Source: a bacterium (GTDB lineage: Bacteria; CALINM01). Taken from it: 23,825 nucleotides of DNA. This document shows, one piece after another, positions 1 through 9,456 of this stretch. The position numbers and the translations under genes were made by a program. The notes beneath the pieces are model-generated. The model was not told where the DNA came from. It did no database searches and was given only the letters and a program-made list of their open reading frames with translations. How positions within the stretch are numbered: position 1 is the stretch's first letter; each line of letters opens with the position of its first letter. Location of the stretch: contig JBEQAF010000027.1 of NCBI GenBank assembly GCA_041640455.1, positions 1-23,825 of the forward strand, read 5' to 3'.

Positions 1-507
1 GCCGTAGATTTTTCTGCAGGCGTTTTTGCAACCTCTGGTGATGTAAAAACTTCTGGTTTGAATATCAAACAGGAGATGACCAATGTTAATATAAATTTCA
101 ATCTTGAAATGCAGCCCTTTAAGACAGAAAATACAAGTATGATTATTTTTGCCGGACCTTCACTAACAGCTATAAATGGCACTACGGAAACAAAAGGTAT
201 TATAGATAGCTCGTTGAGCTATACGGCATCTCTCTACGGCATGCAGGCTGGTTTACAGCTGGGCTTAAAGGCAGGACCTGTGCAGTTTATACCCTTTATT
301 ATGAGCTCTTCTATGAGCGGTAATATAACATCCGGTGGCTATACTACAAACATTGATCCTTTTACAACCACAAGCTATGGACTGGAGATCATGTTTTTTG
401 ATAAACTCTCTTTGAGCTCAATTCTTCAGGAGGCAGATTCGTCAAATAAAGATGAAGCAGGTGTTAAAACAACCATGTATCAGCTAAGTTTTAAGATGAA
501 TTTTTAA
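1..507 (+). CDS. 5'-truncated hypothetical protein, probable outer-membrane beta-barrel
   Basis: Frame 1 is open from base 1 (AVDFSAGVFATSGDVKTSGL...), so the gene starts before the window. It has alternating hydrophobic strands rich in G/S/T/Y/F and a C-terminal YQLSFKMNF ending in Phe (beta-signal-like). Confidence 0.55.
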   Translation, partial: AVDFSAGVFATSGDVKTSGLNIKQEMTNVNINFNLEMQPFKTENTSMIIFAGPSLTAINGTTETKGIIDSSLSYTASLYGMQAGLQLGLKAGPVQFIPFIMSSSMSGNITSGGYTTNIDPFTTTSYGLEIMFFDKLSLSSILQEADSSNKDEAGVKTTMYQLSFKMNF

Positions 508-508
508 T

Positions 509-1156
509 ATGTTTTTTTATGAAGATACAGAAAGAATAAGAAAGATAAACAGGGTCTTTAATGACCCTGTTTTCCTTAAAGAGTGTGGTTATGAGATTAA
601 TAGAATCCCTGAGCGGCTAAGAGAGCTTATACTTCCTGTAAAATCTCCCATGATTCTCATTGAAGATTCATATGAGACTGTGTTAGATATAGGCTGTGGC
701 GCAGGATCTGATCTGATTTTTTTGTCTGAAAAGCTGTCTCCCAGGCTCATATGTGGCATAGATCTATCGTTTAATCTTTTAAGAGAGGGAAAAAAGGTTC
801 ACGATAAAGATCTGGTAAGAGCAGATGGGTTAAAAATACCATTTAAAGATAAGATTTTTAATCTCGTGGTTCTTAATGGCGCCTTTAATCAGTTTCTGGA
901 TAAGCAGGGACTTTTAGAGGAGATAAAAAGGATTTTAAAAAAGCAGGGAAGTGTATTTTTAGCTGATCTATTTAGAAAAAAGGAAGAAGAAAGCCTTTTA
1001 GAATGGGGCTCTGAGTTCAATACAGGTTATGCTTTAAGGCTTGGAGAGATTTATGAGCTTTTTGCAGATAATGGGTTTTTTGCAGAGAAAGAGATAATAG
1101 AGGAAGATTATACAGATCTTTTTGGAGTGTGTGCCATTTTATGGAAGGTCCTTTAA
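509..1156 (+). CDS. Class I SAM-dependent methyltransferase (Methyltransf_11/31-like)
   Basis: Motif I VLDIGCGAGSD, GIDLS, ADGLKIPFKDKIFNLV, EIKRILKKQG. Substrate unknown. Confidence 0.85.
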   Translation: MFFYEDTERIRKINRVFNDPVFLKECGYEINRIPERLRELILPVKSPMILIEDSYETVLDIGCGAGSDLIFLSEKLSPRLICGIDLSFNLLREGKKVHDKDLVRADGLKIPFKDKIFNLVVLNGAFNQFLDKQGLLEEIKRILKKQGSVFLADLFRKKEEESLLEWGSEFNTGYALRLGEIYELFADNGFFAEKEIIEEDYTDLFGVCAILWKVL

Positions 1157-1725
1157 GTCCAGACAAGAACCCGCTTTTTTCACATCCCGACTCCATTCCT
1201 GGCTCTTACTGGGATAGATTAAAGCAGGATAGCTATCAGTTTAGTTTTTTTGGCTTCAACGGATTTGCCAGAAAGGCTGATAAACAGATTCTGGTTGAAA
1301 ATTTTCCAGTCAGAATGAGCTTTCAGATATATCTGGTGATTTTAAGCTATCTCTATGCAAAAGAGAATAGCCCCATAATTCTCCAGAAAGATTGGGTACT
1401 TGCAAGAGAGCTTAAAGGGGGGATACATTTTTTTGATCGTTCTCATCCTATAGATATAAAAAGGATTTTAGACCATTTTAACAGAGATCTAAATGCTATT
1501 AAAAGAAGGGCACTGCTTTTTAAAGGTAGAGAGCTTGACATGGGAGACTTTGGCTATGAGTTTCAGATATTTCCGGAGATTAAAATCAGATACATATTTT
1601 ATGAAGGCGATGAAGATTTTCCGCCCTATATTACAGTAATTTTTCAGAAAGGGCTGGAAGACTATCTGCCACTTGATGTGGTATGGGCTCTGACAAATGT
1701 GGTGGGAGATCTTTTTTGTCTATGA
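1129..1725 (+). CDS. DUF3786 domain-containing protein
   Basis: WVLARELKGGIHFF and FQIFPEIKIRYIFYEGDEDFPP...YLPLDVVW match my recollection of DUF3786. Start may be ATG 1141. Confidence 0.7.
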   Translation: MCHFMEGPLSPDKNPLFSHPDSIPGSYWDRLKQDSYQFSFFGFNGFARKADKQILVENFPVRMSFQIYLVILSYLYAKENSPIILQKDWVLARELKGGIHFFDRSHPIDIKRILDHFNRDLNAIKRRALLFKGRELDMGDFGYEFQIFPEIKIRYIFYEGDEDFPPYITVIFQKGLEDYLPLDVVWALTNVVGDLFCL

Positions 1726-2897
1726 AAATTTTACGACTTAAAAAAGGCTTCAGAAGAAGTAACAGTCACCTCTGGATCTTTGCCAATGAGATAGAGGATA
1801 ATCTGAAAAAATATGAAATAGGAGAGCTTGTAGAGGTTACAACCTCCAACAACAGGTTTTTTGGCATTGGCTACATTAATCCCCATTCGCTTATTGCTGT
1901 TAGGATAATAAGCAGGCAAAAGAAAGAGATAGATAAATCTTTCATTGAAAATATAATTAGCAAAGCCTATGAATATCGTAAAGTCATTGGCTATACCAGA
2001 TATGACGCCTTCAGACTTTTTTATTCTGAGAGTGATGGGCTACCCGGTCTAATAATTGATAAATATGGTAGTTTTATCTGTATGTCAGTTCTTACAGCTG
2101 GCGTTGAGAGAATAAAAGATATGATATTTCAGGTTCTTATTGATATGTTCCATCCAACAGCCATAATTGAAAGAAATGAATCCCCTTTTAGACTACAGGA
2201 GGGGCTGGAAAACTACAGTAGAGTTGTGTTCGGAAAATATGATGGTCTGACTGTTATTGATGAACAGGGAATAAAATTTGCCGTTGATCTTCTGGAAGGT
2301 CAGAAAACGGGATTTTTTCTTGATCAGAGAGAAAACCGTCTGTTTCTCAGGGAGCTTTTAATGGGAAGAAAGGTTGAAAAGGCTCTGGACTGTTTCTCCT
2401 ATTCAGGTGGATGGGGTTTAAATATGGCGAAGGCAACCGACTCTGAGGTTATCTGTGTTGATTCTTCAAAAAAGGCTTTAGAGCTGGTTAATAAAAACGC
2501 CAGAATTAACAAACTGAATATTAAAACAGAGACAGCAGATGTTTTTGATTTTCTTAAGGGCTGCCATAGTAGAGGGGAAAAATTTGACTGCATTGTTTTA
2601 GATCCTCCTGCCTTTATTAAAAGCAGGACGAAAATTAAGGAAGGCATAAAAGGATATAAAGAGATTAATCAGAGAGCCATGAGATTGCTTAAGACAGGCG
2701 GAATCCTTGTTACATCTTCTTGCTCCCATCATATGACTGGTGAGCTTTTTTTAGAGGTACTTAAATCATCGGCACAAGATGCCGGTAAAGTCTTTCGGGT
2801 AATACATAAAGGCTCTCAATCAAAGGATCACCCTGTACTTTTATCCATGTCGGAGACCGATTATCTAAAAACAATATTTCTTGAAAATATAGGTTAG
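1722..2897 (+). CDS. rlmI: 23S rRNA m5C1962 methyltransferase, RlmI family
   Basis: PUA-like HLWIFANEI, SESDGLPGLIID, GQKTGFFLDQRENR, DCFSYSGG, LDPPAF, TSSCS, DHP..YLK. ATG 1722 overlaps the upstream stop (ATGA). Confidence 0.88.
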   Translation: MKILRLKKGFRRSNSHLWIFANEIEDNLKKYEIGELVEVTTSNNRFFGIGYINPHSLIAVRIISRQKKEIDKSFIENIISKAYEYRKVIGYTRYDAFRLFYSESDGLPGLIIDKYGSFICMSVLTAGVERIKDMIFQVLIDMFHPTAIIERNESPFRLQEGLENYSRVVFGKYDGLTVIDEQGIKFAVDLLEGQKTGFFLDQRENRLFLRELLMGRKVEKALDCFSYSGGWGLNMAKATDSEVICVDSSKKALELVNKNARINKLNIKTETADVFDFLKGCHSRGEKFDCIVLDPPAFIKSRTKIKEGIKGYKEINQRAMRLLKTGGILVTSSCSHHMTGELFLEVLKSSAQDAGKVFRVIHKGSQSKDHPVLLSMSETDYLKTIFLENIG

Positions 2898-5572
2898 AAT
2901 CTACGTTTTTTTCTCCTGATAAACTTGTCAACCTCCACAACCAGGATTACCGTTGAAGATACAAAAAGTATAATAGCCCATTCAGAAAAAGTAAGCGGTT
3001 CTGTCCTGAATAACCATTGAAGCGCTGGTACATAGATAAAAGAGAGCTGAGCAAAAAAAGCTGCTACCATGCTTACAAAAAGGAATGGGTTTGTAAGAAT
3101 GCCTAACCTGAATACAGACTCATACTCTGAGCGGCTGTTCCATGCTTGAAAAAATTGGAAAAAAACCATAGTTGTGACGGCTACTGTCCTTGCCTTTTCA
3201 AGGGAGTAGCCTGCTTTTAGACTGTAATAAAAGTTTATTATTACACCGATTGAAATTAGTAACCCCACCAAAATAGTCCTTTCTATCAATAGTCTTGACA
3301 TGATACCTTCATCAGGAGGTCTCGGAGGTCTGTTAATAATATTAGGCTCACCTGGTTCAAAAGCTAAAGCCACATCCTGAAGCCCATTGGTAACCAGATT
3401 TATCCAGAGCAGTTGAGCAGCTACGTAAGGAATTGGAATGTTTAATACTATTGCAAACATTATGGATATTATTGCTGCTATGCCTGTGGGTATCAGGAAG
3501 AAGGTTACCTTTCTAATGTTGTCAAAAACTATTCTACCTTCTTTAACAGCGTTAAATATGGAAGCAAAGTTATCGTCGGCAAGAATCATATCGGCGGCTT
3601 CCTTTGCAACATCGGTTCCAGTCTTTCCCATAGCTATGCCTATATGAGCCGCCTTAAGGGCAGGTGCATCGTTTACGCCATCTCCGGTAACTGCCACAAT
3701 ATTTCCATGCTTCTTTAATGCCTCAGTTATACGCAGTTTATGGTTGGGGGCAACTCTTGAAAAAACATTAATATTAACAACCTTCTCAAAAAGACTTTCG
3801 TCAGATATTGTTTCAAGCTCTTTTCCAGTCAGAACAGGAGAGCTGTCATCGGCAATACCAATCTTTTTTGCCACTGCCAGAGCGGTCTGGGGATGATCTC
3901 CAGTTATCATAACCACCCTTATTCCAGCCATCTTACAGCCTTGAATGGCATCTATGACCTCAGGTCTAGGCGGGTCAATCATTGCTTGAAATCCGACAAA
4001 AATAAGAGACTCAGTTACGTCACAGTTCTCAACATCTTTGCATCTAACCTCTGTCGCATCTGGGTGAGCTTCTTTATAGGCAAAGGCTAACACTCTCATA
4101 CCTTCCTTTGCAAAGCCCGAGGCTATGTTAAGTAGCTCTTTCCTGTTAACTTTATTACCTTTATAATCAGATTCACACATGTCGATTACTTTTTCAGGAG
4201 AACCTTTGAGAAATACTAGTTTTTTGCCTCTGTGCTTATGAAGGGTAGCCATGTAACCTCTTTCAGATTCGAAAGGAAGGATGTCAATGAGCTCATATTG
4301 AGCTTTTTCTTCTTCAATGTTGAGACCGCCTTTGATAGCTGACACAATTAATGCACCTTCGGTAGGATCTCCATCTATTTTATAATCGCCATCTTCCTCA
4401 TATAAGGATGACTCGTTGCATAAAAGACCAATTCTTAAAAGGTCGTGAAGTGATTTTTTTAGTTTTGTGTCTATAGGCAGCCCATCTAACAGTATTTCTC
4501 CTTTAGGGGAATAGCCTGAGCCTTCTACTTCAAATGTATGAAAGCAGTTATAGATCATCTTAACGGTCATTTCATTTTTTGTGAGAGTTCCTGTTTTGTC
4601 TGAGCAGATCACTGCGGTACTGCCTAAGGTTTCTGCTGCAGGAAGCTTTCTTATGATGGCGTTTTGTTTTGCCATTCTGGATACACCCACGGCTAAAGCA
4701 ATGGTTACCACTATCGGAAGCCCTTCGGGTATGGTTGCAACCGATGCGGCTACGGCAATCAGAAACATATTTTTAATAGATTCTCCCAGCAGAATACCTA
4801 TCACAAAAAGTATTAGAGATACAACAATCACTACTAATCCGATGGCTTTTGCAAAACTTTCGATTTTTTCCTGCAAGGGTGCCTTTGTTATGCCTGCTTC
4901 TCTAACCTCTTTTGCAATTCCCCCAAGAACTGTATTTACTCCTGTGGCTACTACCACTCCCTTAGCCCTGCCCATTACAACAGCAGTCCCCATAAAAGCC
5001 ATATTTAGCTGATCGCCGGGAGTAAGGTTTTCTTCCTTTATGGGATGAATATCCTTTTCTGCGGGAACTGATTCACCAGTTAGCATGGACTCGTCTATCT
5101 TAAGCTCAATAGTATGTATAAGTCTGATATCTGCTGGAACCCTTGTCCCCGAGTTGAGTAAAACAATATCTCCGACCACGAGCTCTTCGCTGTTAATCTC
5201 TTTCTCCTTACCATCTCTGATTACTCTTGCTTTAGGAACCACCATCTTTTTTAAAGCCCTTACGCTCTCTTCCGCCTTAAACTCCTGGATATATCCGATT
5301 ATGGCATTAATAATAACCACTGAAAATATAACGCTGGCATCTATAAATTCACCCAAAATTATGGTAATAACTCCAGCAATTAGTAGTATATATATTAGGG
5401 GGCTCTTAAACTGATGAAGGATGATCTCCAGTTTGCTTATTTTTTTGTCTTCTTCCAGCCTGTTAAGCCCGTATCTTGATAAACGTTGCTTAGCCTCCTG
5501 GCTGGAGATACCGTTTTCAGAGGTTTCCAGATTATGCATTACTTCTTTAACACCCAGCTGATACCATTTCAT
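2894..5572 (-). CDS. Cation-translocating P-type ATPase (P2A/SERCA-like, HAD-IC)
   Basis: TGES, IPEGLP, CSDKTGTLT, KGSPE, DPPR, MITGD, TGDGVNDAPAL. Start set at MKWYQL (5572), preceded by SD GGGAGGTGG. Confidence 0.95.
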   Translation of the reverse strand: MKWYQLGVKEVMHNLETSENGISSQEAKQRLSRYGLNRLEEDKKISKLEIILHQFKSPLIYILLIAGVITIILGEFIDASVIFSVVIINAIIGYIQEFKAEESVRALKKMVVPKARVIRDGKEKEINSEELVVGDIVLLNSGTRVPADIRLIHTIELKIDESMLTGESVPAEKDIHPIKEENLTPGDQLNMAFMGTAVVMGRAKGVVVATGVNTVLGGIAKEVREAGITKAPLQEKIESFAKAIGLVVIVVSLILFVIGILLGESIKNMFLIAVAASVATIPEGLPIVVTIALAVGVSRMAKQNAIIRKLPAAETLGSTAVICSDKTGTLTKNEMTVKMIYNCFHTFEVEGSGYSPKGEILLDGLPIDTKLKKSLHDLLRIGLLCNESSLYEEDGDYKIDGDPTEGALIVSAIKGGLNIEEEKAQYELIDILPFESERGYMATLHKHRGKKLVFLKGSPEKVIDMCESDYKGNKVNRKELLNIASGFAKEGMRVLAFAYKEAHPDATEVRCKDVENCDVTESLIFVGFQAMIDPPRPEVIDAIQGCKMAGIRVVMITGDHPQTALAVAKKIGIADDSSPVLTGKELETISDESLFEKVVNINVFSRVAPNHKLRITEALKKHGNIVAVTGDGVNDAPALKAAHIGIAMGKTGTDVAKEAADMILADDNFASIFNAVKEGRIVFDNIRKVTFFLIPTGIAAIISIMFAIVLNIPIPYVAAQLLWINLVTNGLQDVALAFEPGEPNIINRPPRPPDEGIMSRLLIERTILVGLLISIGVIINFYYSLKAGYSLEKARTVAVTTMVFFQFFQAWNSRSEYESVFRLGILTNPFLFVSMVAAFFAQLSFIYVPALQWLFRTEPLTFSEWAIILFVSSTVILVVEVDKFIRRKKRRF

Positions 5573-5602
5573 CAGACCACCTCCCTTGAAATTGCTATAA
5601 AA

Positions 5603-5631
5603 AATATACAGGTAAGCCTGATTTATGTCAA
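5603..5631 (-). promoter_or_regulatory. sigma70-type promoter for the P-type ATPase
   Basis: Minus strand TTGACA (5631-5626), 17 nt, TATATT (5608-5603). Confidence 0.6.
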
Positions 5632-5657
5632 ATATTGATGATTTTTTCTCAGGCATA

Positions 5658-5686
5658 TTGAAAAAAAAGATGAAATCTGGTAACTT
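5658..5686 (+). promoter_or_regulatory. Putative sigma70 promoter for the lipoprotein-ppx unit
   Basis: TTGAAA (5658-5663), 17 nt, TAACTT (5681-5686), with extended -10 TGn. Confidence 0.4.
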
Positions 5687-5714
5687 TAAATTATAAAAAA
5701 TTAAGGTGGTCTTT

Positions 5715-6332
5715 ATGAAAAGACTGATTATTTTAATGAGTTTTATCTTCATTTTTTTTAGCTGTGCAGCAAAGCTGCAGCCTGTGGCTACAAAGGATGT
5801 TTCCTTTGTTAAAGAGGAAAATATGCTGACCTCCACAAAGGATAACAAAAAAGTGGATGTGAAAATCGCCTATCCGACTCCTATATTTTATGGCATGGAT
5901 GATACATTTGTTATGTTTTTTGTAAAGATCGAAAACCTGTCTGATAAGGAGATTCAGATTTCAAAGGAAGATTTTGTGCTTTTTGACGAAAAGATGAATC
6001 AATCCTTTGCATTAACTGCCGATGAGATAGCTAAGATAGTGGAGCAGAACCTGTTTTATCTCATCCCCTATCCTTATATAGGCTATTATTCTGAAAATCT
6101 AAACTACTACGAAGGTAGATATCTTTATAATCCTCAAGCGCCTCATGTGTATCCTGTATCCCCCAAAGAGGTTTATCTTGAAGCGCTTTCTTTTGAGAAG
6201 ATTCTTCCTAAAGCCAATGTTAAAGGGAAGGTCTATTTCAAAAAGAGATTATCTGAGGCGAAAAGCCTTAATCTAAAAGTCTTTAAACAGGATTCGGACT
6301 ACCTCTTTGATTTTCTTTTTAATGTAAAGTAA
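5715..6332 (+). CDS. Hypothetical lipoprotein
   Basis: MKRLIILMSFIFIFFS-C lipoprotein signal. SD AAGGTGG before ATG 5715. Confidence 0.7.
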   Translation: MKRLIILMSFIFIFFSCAAKLQPVATKDVSFVKEENMLTSTKDNKKVDVKIAYPTPIFYGMDDTFVMFFVKIENLSDKEIQISKEDFVLFDEKMNQSFALTADEIAKIVEQNLFYLIPYPYIGYYSENLNYYEGRYLYNPQAPHVYPVSPKEVYLEALSFEKILPKANVKGKVYFKKRLSEAKSLNLKVFKQDSDYLFDFLFNVK

Positions 6333-7240
6333 TGGCTCAGGCGGCATTAGATATTGGTACAAATACCCTCAGAGTGCTCATCAAAGAGGGGGATAGCTAT
6401 ATTTTCCGAAAAAACTACTATCTTTTTCTCGGAAACGAGGTAATAGGTGGAAAGCTTAGCTATCAGGGGATTAAAAAGCTTGACAGAGCTCTTGAGGAGA
6501 TTAATCAGATTTTCCTTGAAAATAATGTAAAGGAGGTTTATTCGGTTGCAACGGCCTTTGCAAGAAAGCTAAACTGTGAAAAGGAACTTAAGGACATTTT
6601 TTTCAGATATCTGGGGATAGATATTAAGGTGATTGATGGAGAAGAAGAGGGGCTGATTGTATATAATTCCGTAAAAAATCATTATAAATTAACCAGTTTC
6701 AGTCTGCTGGACATAGGAGGAGGTAGTACCGAGATAGTTTATAATCAGGGGAAGGATATAAAAGTCACGAGCCTTGATATAGGCTCTCTTTATCTTAAAA
6801 AACAGTTTTTTAAAAATTTTCCTCCCCTTACGGAAGAGAAAAATGAGCTCTGTAATTATGTGCTATATAAGCTTTCTGGATCAGTTGATAAGCATATAAC
6901 TCAGCCTGTTTTTGGTGTAGGCGGAACGGTAACTACCGTTGCCTTTCTTCTCTCTAGTATTAAAAAATATGACAAAAATCTGATAAACGGTTTTGAGATT
7001 AATATTAATAGCCTTGAAAGATTTTATCACTCCATTGAATATATGGATCTTAAAAAGATTAGAGATACCTACCCCATAGAGGAGGGGAGGGAAGAGGTTT
7101 TGTTATCTGGAGTACTGCTGATTCTGCTGTTAATGAACTATTTTAATCTTCCAAGTATTACTGCTTCAGATACCTCTCTCCTGGAAGGGCTTTTTTTTCT
7201 CCCCACCAGAAGAAGTGATTTTTCCAGGTCAGATAGGTAA
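6332..7240 (+). CDS. Ppx/GppA family phosphatase (short form)
   Basis: LDIGTNTLR, VATA, VIDGEEEG, LDIGGGSTE, SLDIGS, GVGGTVTT, SLLEGL. Confidence 0.88.
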   Translation: MAQAALDIGTNTLRVLIKEGDSYIFRKNYYLFLGNEVIGGKLSYQGIKKLDRALEEINQIFLENNVKEVYSVATAFARKLNCEKELKDIFFRYLGIDIKVIDGEEEGLIVYNSVKNHYKLTSFSLLDIGGGSTEIVYNQGKDIKVTSLDIGSLYLKKQFFKNFPPLTEEKNELCNYVLYKLSGSVDKHITQPVFGVGGTVTTVAFLLSSIKKYDKNLINGFEININSLERFYHSIEYMDLKKIRDTYPIEEGREEVLLSGVLLILLLMNYFNLPSITASDTSLLEGLFFLPTRRSDFSRSDR

Positions 7241-8264
7241 ATGTGAGTACAATAACCGAAAGAATTACTGGTGGAATAGCAAAATAAAGATTAGCCGACC
7301 TGGAGATTCTAAAAATAACCATCTCAATCACTGCGTAGGCTGTAAATATCAAAATTGAGAGGAAAAGAACCTCCACATTTTTCTTTGTCCTTCCCAGCTG
7401 GATTCCAAAAGGAAAAGAAAGCAGAAACAATAACAGAAGAGATAAAAAGGAGAATATCTTTCTGGTTAAAAGATACAGATAACTGTTTATATTTATCCCT
7501 GATTTTAATCCACCTTTTATAACTTTAATGTTGTCTCTTATTGTAAGCCACTCTGCCCTGTAGGAGAGTGGGCTAAGCTCTTTTAGATTTTTTAACTCAT
7601 CAATTACCAGCTGTTCACTGAATAATACTTCTTTTTTGTTTACGTCTGTTTTTTTAACATTAAAGGCTATCCAGTTACCACCCTGACGCTCTATTTTTTT
7701 TGCAAATATAATATGTTCGATTAGATTGGTGCGGGGATTTATATCCACAATATAACAGTTTAGAAGAATGTCTTCTGCAGGTACGACAAGATCAATAAAT
7801 ATAAAACCAAAATCCTTTTTGAATATAAGATCATCAATGTTTCCTATGTCTGAAAGCCCCTTATTTATCTTCTGCTCCGATTTTAGAAGAAACTTAGGCG
7901 ACAGATAGGAGGATAAAAAAAAGTTGAAAGCACCAGCTAAAATTACAAAGCTCATTGATAAATACAGGATCCTTTTAAGACTTACAGCGGAGGTGAAAAG
8001 GGCGGTAAGCTCATTTCTCTGAGATAGCAGATTAAGCGATATGAGGGCAGATATTAAAAGGGCATAGTTTGAGTATTCGGAATGAAGATATATGCTTCTG
8101 AAAAGATAATAAACAATACTGTCGTAAAGACTTAGCTTAGCTTTAATAATATCATCAATCTTATCAATAAAGTCAAAACTAAGGGTTATGGTAAAAAAAA
8201 TAAAGTAGGTTACCAGAAAGTTATTAAGATGCTCTTTAAAAATAAGTCTACTCAGAATCTTCAT
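7158..8264 (-). CDS. lptG: LPS export ABC transporter permease, LptF/LptG family (LptG position)
   Basis: Three N-terminal TMs, LSQRNELTALFTSAVS motif, periplasmic beta domain, three C-terminal TMs. Second gene of a paralog pair. Confidence 0.8.
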   Translation of the reverse strand: MKILSRLIFKEHLNNFLVTYFIFFTITLSFDFIDKIDDIIKAKLSLYDSIVYYLFRSIYLHSEYSNYALLISALISLNLLSQRNELTALFTSAVSLKRILYLSMSFVILAGAFNFFLSSYLSPKFLLKSEQKINKGLSDIGNIDDLIFKKDFGFIFIDLVVPAEDILLNCYIVDINPRTNLIEHIIFAKKIERQGGNWIAFNVKKTDVNKKEVLFSEQLVIDELKNLKELSPLSYRAEWLTIRDNIKVIKGGLKSGININSYLYLLTRKIFSFLSLLLLFLLSFPFGIQLGRTKKNVEVLFLSILIFTAYAVIEMVIFRISRSANLYFAIPPVILSVIVLTFTYLTWKNHFFWWGEKKALPGERYLKQ

Positions 8265-8266
8265 AT

Positions 8267-9313
8267 CTATTTAGAGACGCTGCCCTTTTTAAGATTTAAA
8301 AAAAGTGCTATAAAAGCTAATAAAATGTAAACCAGACCAAAGCCCATTAGCGGATCTATCTTCCCCTTCAGGGATAGAGTATTTGAAAGGGAAAAAAGCA
8401 TATAAAAGGTTAGTCCTGTACCAATGCTTACCATTATCCCCCGACTTTTATAGTGTCTTGAAAATCCTATAGAAAGCGGGAAAGAGATAAAAAGAAGTAT
8501 CAGCGGAGCCAGTGGAAAAAATATGCGGTAGCAGATCTCGGTTTTAAGCAGGGTTTTTTCTGTACTTTGACCGTATAGTTTCAAAATATCAGTGAATGTT
8601 ATTGAGCCTGCTCTCAGTGTATCAATCTTTTTTTCTGTCCCGTTGGAGACTCTAAATTTAAGATTTTCAAAGCTGAGAATCTCGGTTTTTGCTTCTTTTT
8701 CTGTCAGAAGATTTCCATGTCTGAAGTTAATAACTCCTTTCCCAAGACTTCCTTCCCGGGCAGAGATGATGGTAAGGTTATCTTCTTCAAAGCTTGTAAA
8801 GATAATCGAATCGAGCTTGTGTTTATTATCTTCCACATAAAGATATCTGCCTTTTCCTATTTTGGTAAAGATACTTTTCTGAGGCAGGGGGATTATATTT
8901 TCTGTATTAGTTGCAAGCATTTCTCTTAATACCTTGTTGCAGGCAGGTTTTATAAATAGGGAGTTAATAAAATTAAAAAAGAGTATAGGCAGTGTGATTA
9001 ACAAAAAAAGCTGAAGTATTCTTGAACGTGAAACACCTGCATTATTTAAAGCTATAAGCTCATAAGTATTGGATAGCTTGGTAAGTGTGATAGAAAGGGC
9101 TATGAGATAGGATATGGGTAGAATGATAAGATATATGGAGGGGATGATAAGCATAATAATGAGAAAAAAGTCAATCAGAGACAGATTGGCCTGAACGTTC
9201 TCAAATACTTTTACCAGCCTCATTGCGAGCACCATTATGGTTAAACCAAAAAGGGTTGGGGTAAAAATACTGAAAAACTCAATACTGAAAAATGTGATAA
9301 GTTTTTTTCTCAT
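8267..9313 (-). CDS. lptF: LPS export ABC transporter permease, LptF/LptG family (LptF position)
   Basis: ILPISYLIA...KLSNTYELIALNNAGVS motif, YjgP/YjgQ topology. First gene of the pair. Confidence 0.8.
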   Translation of the reverse strand: MRKKLITFFSIEFFSIFTPTLFGLTIMVLAMRLVKVFENVQANLSLIDFFLIIMLIIPSIYLIILPISYLIALSITLTKLSNTYELIALNNAGVSRSRILQLFLLITLPILFFNFINSLFIKPACNKVLREMLATNTENIIPLPQKSIFTKIGKGRYLYVEDNKHKLDSIIFTSFEEDNLTIISAREGSLGKGVINFRHGNLLTEKEAKTEILSFENLKFRVSNGTEKKIDTLRAGSITFTDILKLYGQSTEKTLLKTEICYRIFFPLAPLILLFISFPLSIGFSRHYKSRGIMVSIGTGLTFYMLFSLSNTLSLKGKIDPLMGFGLVYILLAFIALFLNLKKGSVSK

Positions 9314-9323
9314 GCCAGCTTAT

Positions 9324-9352
9324 ATGTTAATAAAAAAAACCGATTTAGTAAA
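9324..9352 (-). promoter_or_regulatory. Putative sigma70 promoter for lptFG
   Basis: Minus strand TTTACT (9352-9347), 17 nt, TAACAT (9329-9324), 10 nt before the ATG. Confidence 0.35.
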
Positions 9353-9440
9353 CCTTGCCTTTAAAAGCAGATAAGGAAGAGCGGGTTGCAGTATCTGTGG
9401 CTTAAACAATCTTGATTTTTTAACATTAAAAATAAAATCG

Positions 9441-9449
9441 TGGTAAAAT
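9441..9449 (+). promoter_or_regulatory. Extended -10 element upstream of mobA
   Basis: TGgTAAAAT ends 7 nt before ATG 9457. No SD visible. Confidence 0.4.
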
Positions 9450-9456
9450 CTAAAAT

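Noticed and set aside
3438..5414. Plus-strand ORFs 3438-3647, 3893-4090, 4581-5012, 5085-5414
   Set aside because: Antisense shadows of the ATPase with no recognisable motifs. The same applies to the other short ORFs nested in or opposite real genes (e.g. 1731-1919, 2399-2647, 8592-8840, 10612-10902, 16517-16768, 18614-18919, 22914-23282).
5573..5848. 92-aa N-terminal extension of the P-type ATPase in the ORF track
   Set aside because: It spans the divergent promoter region and overlaps the lipoprotein gene. A strong SD and a TTGACA-N17-TATATT promoter support the start at 5572.
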